A program made the position numbers and the translations under genes. A stretch of DNA of 64,000 bases from Octopus vulgaris. Lineage: Eukaryota. This document shows, in pieces, positions 12,200 to 23,113 of the stretch. The stretch is from the NCBI GenBank assembly GCA_951406725.2, contig OX597817.1:10788001-10852000 (forward strand). Direction: 5' to 3'. Position 1 is the first letter of the stretch, and the number at the start of each line of letters is the position of its first letter. The notes beneath the pieces were generated by a model, which ran no database searches, had not been told where the DNA came from, and saw nothing but the letters and a program-made list of their open reading frames with translations.

Positions 12200-12477
12200 G
12201 AGAAGGATGTTGAGGGAACCAATCAGATCGCTAGTTTCTCCTGCTCCACATACTACGTCATACGGCAGCGCACTTGGAGGTGACCAAAGCAAGTTGCTTA
12301 ACAAATGGCTTACTAACCGTCTCTTTTACTTTACTCGTCCTGGCCTCTGGACTCACAGCAGCCAGTCGGGCATCTCATTGATATTTATTTATTTTTTTTA
12401 AATCCTGGAAGAAATTGCAGAAGGTTGGAAAACATTTTTAAAAACAAATTGTCAACTTTTTTTCAAAAAAGGTACCC
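12200..12477 (+). promoter_or_regulatory. Putative kindlin promoter and non-coding first exon
   Basis: CCAAT(CA) at 12219-12225 and CRE-like TACGTCA at 12254-12260, after a long purine/GA tract. Repeat-free, CpG-retaining sequence. Candidate donor AAG|GTACCC at 12471/12472. Confidence 0.45.
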
Positions 12478-13359
12478 GTTACAAAACAATTATCGATTTT
12501 TATCTGGAGTTTTATATATATATATATTTTTTTTCGACTAATTGGTTCACGAAAATACTTCACGAAAGTTACCTCTTTTCACTTCTACCGTCACCGCTTA
12601 TTGTACTCCGATGGGTCAAGCTACACAAGTACATATGCAGTGAAATAAGCAGTCTGTCTCACTCACTCACTCACTCACTCACATTTACGAGAGTGTCTCT
12701 ATGTGATTGCGTAGTCTGCTAGAAATAACAACCAATTACCCTCACATCGTCTTAAACAAATGGATATTTTGGATACTGGAGAGTACACTGCCTAAAAGAA
12801 AATATGGGTTGGTCACGTCTAGACAGCATTTGATAAGTCATTGGATTAAACAACACATTCTTTCCCATTTATATGCAGATCTATGTAAGCATGGATATAT
12901 ATATACGCAGTTGAAACCGACATGTTATGGCTATGTAATTGTAATGATGTATCTACTGCAAAATGAGTTGGTGATTTTAAATGATCATGGCAATTAACAT
13001 CATAGATCTGTTAAAATAGAGCCGTGCAGGGCTTATTACCATCATCATCAGCGATGACAGCTGTAGTGGGGCGATATTTTAACCGGTGTTTGTATATTTC
13101 CTATGGAAGCCGCTGTCCCAGTTTCGCACCCCTGTCATGCTGATTGAGCAGTTATTTCCTTTTAAAACTTGTCTTGTCAGACAAAGTTTACGTGTGTGAA
13201 AGTTTGTTAACAGCAACGCAAATGTATATTTTTTTTCTTTTTGTGATCGGTGTTCAGTATTAAAAACAATTGGTCTGACAAAAACCTTACACTCCTGTAG
13301 ATATATTTTTAGCTGTCATACATTCATACATGTTCACTGTCAAATACTTCACACGTACC

Positions 13360-13500
13360 TATTTCTTTATTACCCACAAGGGGCTAAACATACAGGGGAC
13401 AAACAAGGACAGACATAGGTATTAAGTCGATTACATCGACCCTAGTGCATAGCTGGTACTTAATTTATCGACCCCGAAAGGATGAAAGGCAAAGTCAACC
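13360..13500 (-). mobile_element. SINE family B, 5'-truncated
   Basis: TSD TCACACGTACC at 13349-13359 and 13501-13511. Confidence 0.9.
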
Positions 13501-14098
13501 TCACACGTACCACATACATGTACAATTTGTTATCGTACACACATCATAAACCAACTAGAGTGCTTTTATGTGGTTGTGCGACTTGCTAGAAATAGTTACT
13601 AAATTTCTTACATCGCACCCAACCGTATATTGGTCCTGGCTACGCAACTGAACAGGATGGTTACGGCTGGGACGCTTTTCGTTGTAACTCTGCTTATTTA
13701 GAGCTGACCTGGGACAAAACTGCATATTTTTCTTTCTAAGTTAGATATAAGTTTATTGACAGATCGTTATCTTTATAATACAACTTTGGGGAAGGTAAAG
13801 GATACATATAACGAGCTATTTGTGATTAAGTTGTTATCTCGACATCAGGAATTTATTGCCGGCACGTTTGCTACTGTATAGCAGATGCACAATGCATATA
13901 AACAAAATAATGCAGAGAGTATTTAGCCTGGATTTACATCTTAACTTTATTTTGATCAGTAAAATAAAAACTGAAATTTCTTGAAATAGCATTTCCTCCC
14001 ATTCAATTACGGACGAAGCCTTGTGTATGTATTTCGTAATTAAATTTTACTATATTGAATGTTGTTTAAAAATAATTGTTTTTTTATTATTATTGTAG

Positions 14099-14142
14099 AA
14101 CTTGAGTGGACCTAATAAGTTCCCCTAAAGTGAGTGTCCAAG
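14099..14142 (+). other. 5'UTR portion of the kindlin start-codon exon
   Basis: Lies between the TTGTAG acceptor and the ATG at 14143, implying an upstream non-coding exon. Confidence 0.75.
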
Positions 14143-14281
14143 ATGATGTCCGATAATGGATATATCGATGGCTCTTGGCAGCTGAATATTAACGTGACTG
14201 ATTTAAATGTCGATATAGCTCTTCGAGTGAAAGGTGACCTGCATATCGGCGGGGTTATGTTACAACTAGTCGAAGCCCTCG
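14143..14281 (+). CDS. FERMT: Kindlin/fermitin (unc-112-related) first coding exon, F0 domain
   Basis: Translates to [46 protein letters not shown], matching the kindlin N-terminus (DGxWxLxIxVTDL...[20 protein letters not shown]). T-rich tract + AG acceptor at 14097-14098; in-frame upstream TGA at 14131; phase-1 donor G|GTAAGT at 14281/14282. Confidence 0.95.
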
Positions 14282-17229
14282 GTAAGTTAACCGTCTCAGT
14301 TTTTCTCTGTCTTTTCCTCTTCAATGGTGGTTATTGTATAAACCACTCACTTCATTTGTATACATTTAAATAGTTGACTTTTCGCTCTTTGGAGTGATCT
14401 TTTACTACATTTAAAGAACAAATTTGTATTTCAGTCTTTTTGTTGAATAGCCCGTCCTCTGGTTCTCAGATGGAAGGTACAAGTTTTAGTAGAAGTATTT
14501 TTATTTTTAAATTCTGTTGAAAGTGAATAAGCAACCACTCACTATACATTCGAACTTTGAAAGTGTTCCTGGCAAACCATACACGCTTTCGAGTTGGTTA
14601 TCGTCCTTTTTTGGAACTGCGCATAGTGTTAAAGAGGTGGCTAGAACTTGCTTATAAAACGGACGAAAGTTTATTCTTGTTCTTCATCAGTTGGATCTAT
14701 CAAGTGGTTGTTTAGTGGTCGTCTTACACTCTAGTCATGGCCTCAACTAGACGTTCGTTTTACTCAGTTTCTTTTTTTTTCCCCCATCTTTCTGTAACCC
14801 TCGTTCGAATCGTCTTATATCGGAATAATGACTTTTGACATTAAAAAGACAAAATTGATTTTGTTTTCTTAATATATTTCGGTATATTTGACGGCTAACT
14901 TTCAAGCTGTGCGATATAAATAACCCCACTCCTGTAAAATGAGGCTTATCACTTCATGTGTGAAGTCACTTAAAAAGCATCTTAGGAATGTTTACAGCAT
15001 TTTCGTTTGAATAACTAGAAAAAGTCTGTCTACTTTAGATGATCAAATGATCCCTTATTCGATATAAGAAAAAAATTATCGGCTTTTAAAATAACTTTCG
15101 GTAGTATGTAGTTTACAAAATGAATTCATTAAAAACGAAACTTAAACTTTCTTCAATTAAAAAAAAAAAAAGACAGCTAACATTTTGAATAATTTGAAAT
15201 TTAAAATAGTTTTTTAATTCTCAAGTATTTTTCACTATTCTTTAAGTTAGATTCCACTTTCCGGTTCTACTTGTTTAGAATTTCTTTTAGACAACTGTTG
15301 TTAAATTATTTTTAAAAACCGGAAGGTTCCCCCCATTCTTTCAGGCGAGAACTAAAGTAGGTAGGTAGTAGGTACATTGTTTAATGGGGTTCTGCAATTT
15401 CCTCTTCTGAAAATCTTAGTGCCATAATTAAAACTAACTGCAATTATCATTATTCTTTCTTAGAATTTTGTGTTGATTTTTGTAATTTTCTTTTCTGACG
15501 TTTGACTGTAGAGAATTGTCTTAACTCTTGTTCGTAATTTTTTGAAGATGAATATTTTCACAACTTCAAACTTTTCCTCGATGCCGCCCACCCTTTCTCT
15601 CTCTCTCTGACTTGTCTATCACCATCACCCAGTGCCATTCTTTTAAGTTTCCATAATTCTCAGTTCATACAAATTTCACGTTGACCTATTTCTACATTCG
15701 CTTTGACCCTCTACTAACCTGTTCTCCAGGTTCCCATCACTCATTCTCACTGCATACGCATACCATTACTGTCTGTTTAGGAATTCTGCTAAAATAAAAT
15801 CTTGTATACCGGAAACATTTTCTTAATTGGTTTTAATTTTGGACCAGTCTATCACAAAAAGTTATTTATTTATTTATTTATTGATCAATTGAATTTTATA
15901 AACTTTTCCGAAAAAAGAAAAAAAAAACAGCGTGAAATCTTGAGTTCTTCAAACTCTAAAGAAAAAATTCATTTCAATATTTTTTGACTTGTTGGGCATC
16001 GGATCAGGCGAATAAATTTAAGCTTGTCATCCGTGATCGAATACATCTTATGATTCAACTATACCATCTTCAGGTGTATGCATTGGACTACATTGTTTAA
16101 TGTGCTCCTCTCAAAATAGTAAGGTATCGCACTTTTTGACCATGTAACGACACCTGTGCTTTTCTCTCTTCTCTGGACACTTTCCTCTATTCGACGAAGA
16201 GCAATGCTTGAAATGTTATTTCTACTCATTTTTCCATTTAAAATTGCACTTAGGTCCAATCAACCTGTTTTTCCTTTTTAATATTCTTTGATTTGCTGAA
16301 AAACTTGACCCATTCATTTAGCTGTTGAGAATAGCTTCTTGCTTTCTGAGAACCTATCCATTTTAGGATTGATTGTATCTGTTCTCTAAGAACTTTGACT
16401 TTGCAGACATTACAATAAACATTCTTAAACATATTTCGGGATTATTTTTTTCGTTAACATTGTGTATCGCCTGTAAACCGTTTTGCTGAATATGCATTAT
16501 TATGCATGTTGTGACAGTTTTCTTTGATGTAAATGATGGAAAATTATTTGTATAGTTCACTCCAATACACAAGCAAATTAATCATAAAATACTTGTCTCT
16601 GTTTCCTCTCAATTTTTACCTTTATAAATACCGGTATCTCTTCAGAATATGTTGAGGATTCAGCTTGTTTGAACAGTCGTTGATCAAATGTTTGAGAATG
16701 ACCTACATATTCGGTACACTAGATTTGTCATAGTTTGGTTGTGCGTCGAAGTAGGAGCCCTCCTCACTAGTTAAGTCAATACAATGTTGACATGTGTCTG
16801 TATTCACTCTCAATGACTTAGTCCACTGTTTCTTATAGAGTGTGCTTGGTACAAAATTACAGCGTTTAATAAAATGTATAACGTTTAAAACTTTTTAAAT
16901 GTGTCCAACACCATAGTAAAATCGGGAATTATGTGGAGGAAAATTCTACTTTGCTTTTTATTAAAGACTGGGGGTAGGGAGGTACCAAAACCGAAGTTTT
17001 GGTGGGGAGATCTGGTATCTGACTGATAACTGCTGGCTGTGAAAACATTGATTTATTGGCCTGCTATGTTGAATTCAATTCCTTCTGATTGAACAAACTG
17101 CCAGTGATGGATCAATGCCCTCTATTTCGGTTTCTCTCATCTGGTTAATGCAACAGTGATGGAGATAATCACAGGTTTTCATGGAATTTTGTGATTTGGA
17201 TCAAAGATTAAGAGCAAAGAATTATGCAA

Positions 17230-17465
17230 CACCATCCGAGCGTGGCCGTTCGCCAGCCTCGTCTGGCACCTGTGTCGGTGGCACATAAAAAGCACCCACT
17301 ACACCCACGGAGTGGTTGGCGTTAGGAAGGGCATCCAGCTGTAGAAACACTGCCAGATCTGACTGGCCTGGTGCAGCCTTTGGGCTTCCCAGACCCCAGT
17401 TGAACCGTCCAACCCATGCTAGCATGGAAAGCAGACGTTAAACGATGATGATGATGATGATGATG
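17230..17465 (+). mobile_element. Same retroposon 3' end
   Basis: One unit + conserved end + (GAT)n. Confidence 0.85.
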
Positions 17466-17679
17466 TGAATAAGTAGATCTTTCCAGTAAAAGAGATGTCT
17501 GCAAAACGAAAGAACATCTTGAATGACTTACCATTTTAATCCATGCTTAATAGTGATAGCAAGTAAATTTCCAGAGTTGTTACCTTTCTGATTTCTCTGT
17601 TTTGAGATAAGGGTTTGTTTTTTTTTGTTTTTTTTTTTGCCAAAACTAAATACATGCATGTAACAGACTACATGTTTAA

Positions 17680-17901
17680 CCCTTTCGTTTAACCCAACTC
17701 GGCTGAAACCGCCACTTGCTCTGTAGTACAACTGTCTTGTTTTCATAGGCTTTGTATTAAGATCTTCCACCAAACCTTAGTCACAATTTATGTTCCTAAC
17801 ACTAGCTGAATGATGACTAAGTTATTTTACTAAATTCTTTGTTATATTTAAAGTAGTTGAAAGAAACACAGAGCATCTCAAAATAAATATGGTAACGAAA
17901 A
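17680..17901 (+). mobile_element. piggyBac-type MITE, family P2
   Basis: TTAA|CCCTTTCG...; homologous to the 28.3-kb and 33.7-kb copies; right end eroded. Confidence 0.75.
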
Positions 17902-18811
17902 AGACAAGATTATTTTATATTGTGATAGACTTCCTATGGTATGAAGTTGTTTATCAACACACTTCGTATTCTGGCCAACGTGCTACTTTTTCTACTGCTA
18001 TTAGAGTAGCCTCTTCTCTCTGGATGTGTACCACAAGCATTCTTGACTCAGTGGTCTTGCTTATCTTTATTCATATTGTGTCCACTCCATTTGTCTTCCT
18101 TGTTTTTCCTTCTCAGAATGCCGTTCCTCTGGAGTTTCTCCTTGTACTTTTTTTTTTTCTGCAGCCTTTGAATTGCAAAATGCTCAAGAGTACTGTTTTC
18201 TATGTTTATCACAGCAGTCTTGGAAAGCTTGCAAATAAGGAAAAAACAAACAAACAAATAATTGAATATACATAGCCTCAAAACAAATGTGCTCTGTCGA
18301 AACTTTCTCAGCTACATTTCACACTTGAATAATTTGTTAGTAATTTAACATTCCTCCAGAAGAATACTTGTAGAGAAGTAATATCTTCCAGATTTGAGGT
18401 ATTATTGCTGTCAACCGTATCACACATGACAATACAAGCCACTGAGAGAGTCATTATGTAGTTGCTTGCCCTTTTAGAAAAAGCAAAATAGTAGCCAAAT
18501 CTCTTTGAAACCACACACTATCATCTTTAGTAAAAGGTAGATTACATTGTATAGTGTAGTTCTTGATATACTTTGTCTGAAAGTAAGATATAATCATAGC
18601 TTTTGATCATTAGCCTTCTGGATTAGGGCTGATCTGGGGCTAAATATAAGTACTCCATAAAGGCATAACTGAAGCTTTTTATTGTAAAAGGGATTATCTT
18701 TTGATTCAAATTATTCAATTTCTCTATCAAGATAGATTCAGTTGGGATTAGACCCACTGCAGTTGTTTTAGAATGTGTCTGCACAGAAAAAATTTATTCT
18801 ATCAGTGAATC

Positions 18812-19196
18812 TGATACCAGTGCTGGTGGCACGTAATAGAACCATTCGAACGTGGCCGTAGCCAGCGCCGTCCGACTGGCCTCCGTGCCGGTGGCACGTA
18901 AAAAGCACCATCCGACCGTGGCTGTTGCCAGCTTCGTCTGGTCCCCGTGCCGGTGGCACATAAAAAGCACCATCCGATCGTGGCCGTTTGCCAGCCTCGT
19001 CTGGCACCTGTGCCGGTGGCACGTATAAAAAAGAACCCACTATACTCACGGAGTGGTTGGCGTTAGGAAGGGCATCCAGCTGTAGAAACACTGCCAGATC
19101 AGACTGGGCCTGGTGCAGCCTTCTGGCTTCCCAGACCCCAATTGAACCGTCCAACCCATGCCAGCATGGAAAGCGGACATTAAATGATGATGATGA
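18812..19196 (+). mobile_element. Retroposon 3' end (RTE-type 3'UTR) with ~62-bp tandem units and (GAT)n tail
   Basis: Repeated GTGCCGGTGGCACGTAAAAAGCACC units, then GGCGTTAGGAAGGGCATCCAGC, then (GAT)n. Confidence 0.85.
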
Positions 19197-19974
19197 TAAC
19201 CTTAGATAACTTAGCTGTATGACATTATTACAGCTACCGCTAAAGTTACTTGTTCTTCGTGACTACTATTCTGTCCAAGTCATCTCATTTGCTCAAGGCT
19301 ACAGAAACCAGAATTTTGTTCCCAGCCTTATGGGACAGTATGACTTTATAATAATGAAGTTTTGAGTTTCCATCGTGGGCAGATGAATGTCTTAGGAGTG
19401 AAAGTGGTTGAGGGGAAATTGTACGAGAGCCCTTCATGTGTATGGATATGATCTTTAGTCCTCTCTTGTTGCAAGAAAACTTCGTTAGTGCTGGTGCCAT
19501 GAAAAGAAGTAAAAAGCATCCAGTACACTTTGTCAAGTGATTAGTGTTAGGAAGGCCGAAACTGTGTGCATATTGCTTTGAATTTTTGTGCACAAAATAC
19601 ATAAAATGTAACCTTCTCTCTTTGCTATGAAAACTTACCATTCTGTCTTAGAAAAGTCATGTCTATGCTTTGCAGGAATAAATACTTTTTCTCAAATCTA
19701 GGTGATGTCATTTCTCCAAATGCATTCTATTAAAAAAGTGTTAAAATTGCATCCCATCATGACTAGATGAATTATTAAGATGAAAGGTGGTTGAGAAAGT
19801 TTTATTTTATAAAACACTTGTTTGAAGCAATCTGTTATATTTATTTAATGTTAATTTCTTTTACTGATTTAATAGCATGCATTACACAAACTATTTCCCT
19901 TGAATTGAAGCAGTGTGACACTAAGAATCGGTTCTTTTTGTAACTGATATATTGTCAGTTATACTTTCATGTGT

Positions 19975-20297
19975 GAATTTGTGTTTGGGGTAAGTCATTC
20001 TCTTTTAGTGCCTTATTTAACACACTCACCAGTCTGATTTCCACTCATTTACTTGTTACTTTTTACTAAAATTTTCATTACGACTTTCAACCTTTTCAGT
20101 AGTCAGCTATTGAAAAGGTTGCAAGTCGCAATTAAAATTTTAGTAAAAAAATAACAAGTTAATGAGTGGAAATCAGACCAGTGAGTGTGTTAAATTAATA
20201 AGGCACTAAAAGAGAATGACTTTCTAGACACAATAAAATATGCTTCAACACACGAATTCACATAAAGAATCTTGCAAACCACATACAAAAAGCGAAA
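19975..20297 (+). mobile_element. Palindromic Penelope-like element with a variant hammerhead core at its centre
   Basis: Inverted arms centred at ~20104, with a tail on the right. 10-bp TSD TTTCATGTGT at 19965-19974 and 20298-20307. Confidence 0.7.
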
Positions 20298-20751
20298 TTT
20301 CATGTGTAAGTTACACTGAAAATATTAAAAACTTTAGCATTTTTGTTTCTGTGTCGCCATTTGAATTGCAAACATTTTGCATGAGTTGCAGGCATGGTTA
20401 TGTGGTTAAGTGTACTTCACAACCACACGGTTCTAGGTTTGATTCCACGTTGGAACATAGCTTCTAACATAGATTTAGGTTGATATAATCAGCAAAAATT
20501 GTAAACATTGGTAAGAAAATTGAATGCTTAAGGATGAAATCCCTTCAGATATTTGCTCTGCACCAAGTTACTAACACTTCTTTATCAGTCTTGTTGTCAG
20601 AAATGCAGGGACCACTGATTAACCTGTTTCAAATTTGTAACCAGCAACACTGTTCCCTAACTGCAAAGAAGAAAAAATATAAACCTATCTTAAAAAGAGC
20701 TCTTCATCTTAATTTTCTTTCATGTCTTCTAGTCTCTCTAGTACAAGACTT

Positions 20752-21159
20752 GGATCTTTTCGGTTTGAACAGCAATTTTTCTAGCGGTGTCATATGAAAT
20801 TGTCACCCATAATTATGACCCTAGTATCGATCTATTGCATTTCAATCTGTTTTAGGGTTGGTGGGGGGAAGGGTATCTTTTTTTCTTCAGAAATGTAAAT
20901 AAACCCAAACTGTTTCTTAAACGAGGGACATATTCATACAGCACAGAATGTTTCACCTCAATAGACGTCATTGATTGGTTGAAATTGCAGAAATTGAAGA
21001 ACAAAAAACAACAAATATCTTACAAACTATAGAATTTTCTCAATTAAGCCAAGAGAAAAAGATGTGTTTATAAACACATTCTACCAGTATACGAAGTTTA
21101 AAAGTGTTTAGTTACATGGAAATTATTTTAAAAATCTGCCGTTCAAACCGCAAAGATCC
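20752..21159. mobile_element. GG-terminated MITE with perfect 8-bp TSD (Merlin-like)
   Basis: TIR GGATCTTT(T/G)CGGTTTGAAC(A/G)GCA; TSD CAAGACTT at 20744-20751 and 21160-21167. Confidence 0.85.
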
Positions 21160-21537
21160 CAAGACTTTATTAGAATGTCTCTTGTATTTTAAGTAATTCT
21201 TGATCCAGTTTTATCTTAACATATGCCTTCTCATCTAACATAATCTACTTAAGAAATTCTGGTTTCAATATGGCTACTTATTTTAGTGTTTGTTGAAACT
21301 GACTTGCCTTTGGATGTTGTATTGGTTGTTGTCTTTGTCACAAAGATAACATTTGCTTTGTTTACTGTGAATGTTAGCTTTTGGGAAGACATCCTTAGTT
21401 TTTTGAGATATAGAACTTAATCTGTTTACCTTCATACTATTTCTTATTCTGTTAACCTTTGTTTTTAAATACTTTATTACTAAAATTCTTTATTTCTATG
21501 ATAAAACTTTATTGATTCGTTATGTAAACTGCTTTAA

Positions 21538-21758
21538 CCATTTAGCATTTAAACCAGCCATATCCGGCCAAAAGTATTCTGCCTGTTTTATGTTCATACT
21601 GGCCAGATCTGGTCTCTCACACCAACCCTACAATATCGTTTTAAAAATTAACAGCTATCTCCTCAAAATCTCATAGCTACAAGATAATGCATGATTAGTT
21701 CAAAACAATGTGGATTAAAAAGCATTAATTTTGGCAGAATAATGCGAACACTAAAGGG
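21538..21758 (+). mobile_element. piggyBac-type MITE, family P1
   Basis: TTAA|CCATTTAG ... CTAAAGGG|TTAA, 221 bp. Confidence 0.85.
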
Positions 21759-22680
21759 TTAATCATAAATGAGTTCACTGTTTTCTTATACTGATTTGAA
21801 TTCGTAAACTTTTCTGTAGAAACTTGTTTCAAGTCATGTCAAATTTCTCTGCATCAAATGCGTTGCCCATCTTAATAATTCAGTTGTCTAGAAATAAATT
21901 TTTCTTGAGATATTGAGGTGATGTTAGTAGAAATGTATGTGCATGTCCATATTTCAAATATTTCAAGCATTTATGTGAAAACTTTAATAATTCACACGCA
22001 TTGTGTATTCTAAAGTCCAAAAACAGAAGAAATGGAGTACAAGGGACCTAGTAAAATACCAAGACAACTGATACTAAACAAATTAACTCATTCCTTATCA
22101 ATGATTATAGTGTTACTATGATACAATATATCTGCACTACTTTAAATTAGGTTACTGGAAATTACCTGTTGACCATGAACAAGAGACTTTGCTGTTTTCA
22201 AGTTAAAAACTGTGTCAACTTCTTAGCTTATTGACACTATATTTTTCTGTTTGTTCAAATATGTTAATAATTTTGTGAAAAATATCGTGAAAATTTATGC
22301 ACAAAAGAATATTTGAGGTTTATATATATCATTTTTAACATCCACTTTTCCTTGCCCACAAAGTGGCTGGAATTTGTTGAGGTGGATTTTCTATGACTGG
22401 ATGTCCTTCCTGTTATCAACCTTCCTCTTTCCAAGTAAGGTTATTTTAGCCATGACCAGGTAGATTGGGAATGGACTCTCCTAACATGTTGGTGACACTT
22501 GTTTACTACTCTCACATGGTGTCAAGGTAAGGAGATAAAAACACATATTTAAATCAGTTCCTCCAAGTTCGCTCACGAGGCTTTGGTTAGCCCAAGGACT
22601 ATAGTAGAAGACACTAGGCTAAGGTGCCATGCAGTCGTACTAAAGCTGAAAACTATGTTGTTGGGAAGTAAAATTCTTAA

Positions 22681-23113
22681 CCCTTTTGCATTTAAAACTG
22701 GCAATATCCAGCCCCAATATTCCACTTGTCTTATGTTTGAAATGAACAGATTCTACTTATCACACCTACCTGACAATGTCATTGTAAAAATAAACAATCA
22801 CATCAAAATCTCAAAGCTCTGAGATTAATTCAAAACCTTGTGAATAAAGAAGTATTAAATTTGACAGAGAAATCTGTATGCTAAAGAGTTAACCCTTTAG
22901 TGTTTAAACCGGCCATATCTGGCCCAGATATTCCACATGTTTTATATTCAAACTGGCCATATCCAGCCTCTTACACCTAACCTACTTTGACATTCTAAAA
23001 ATAGACAATCACATCATTGAAACCTCAAAGCTATAAGATAATGCATGATTAATTCAAAACAATTTGAGTGAAAAAAGTATTACATTTAACAGAGTAATCT
23101 GAACACTAAAGGG
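22681..23113 (+). mobile_element. Two tandem piggyBac-type P1 MITEs sharing one TTAA
   Basis: Copies at 22681-22888 and 22893-23113, with TTAA at 22677, 22889 and 23114. Confidence 0.85.

Noticed and set aside
18812-19060. Regularly spaced repeats resembling a CRISPR array
   Set aside because: The spacers are homologous to each other, the context is a eukaryotic retroposon 3'UTR, and there are no cas genes.
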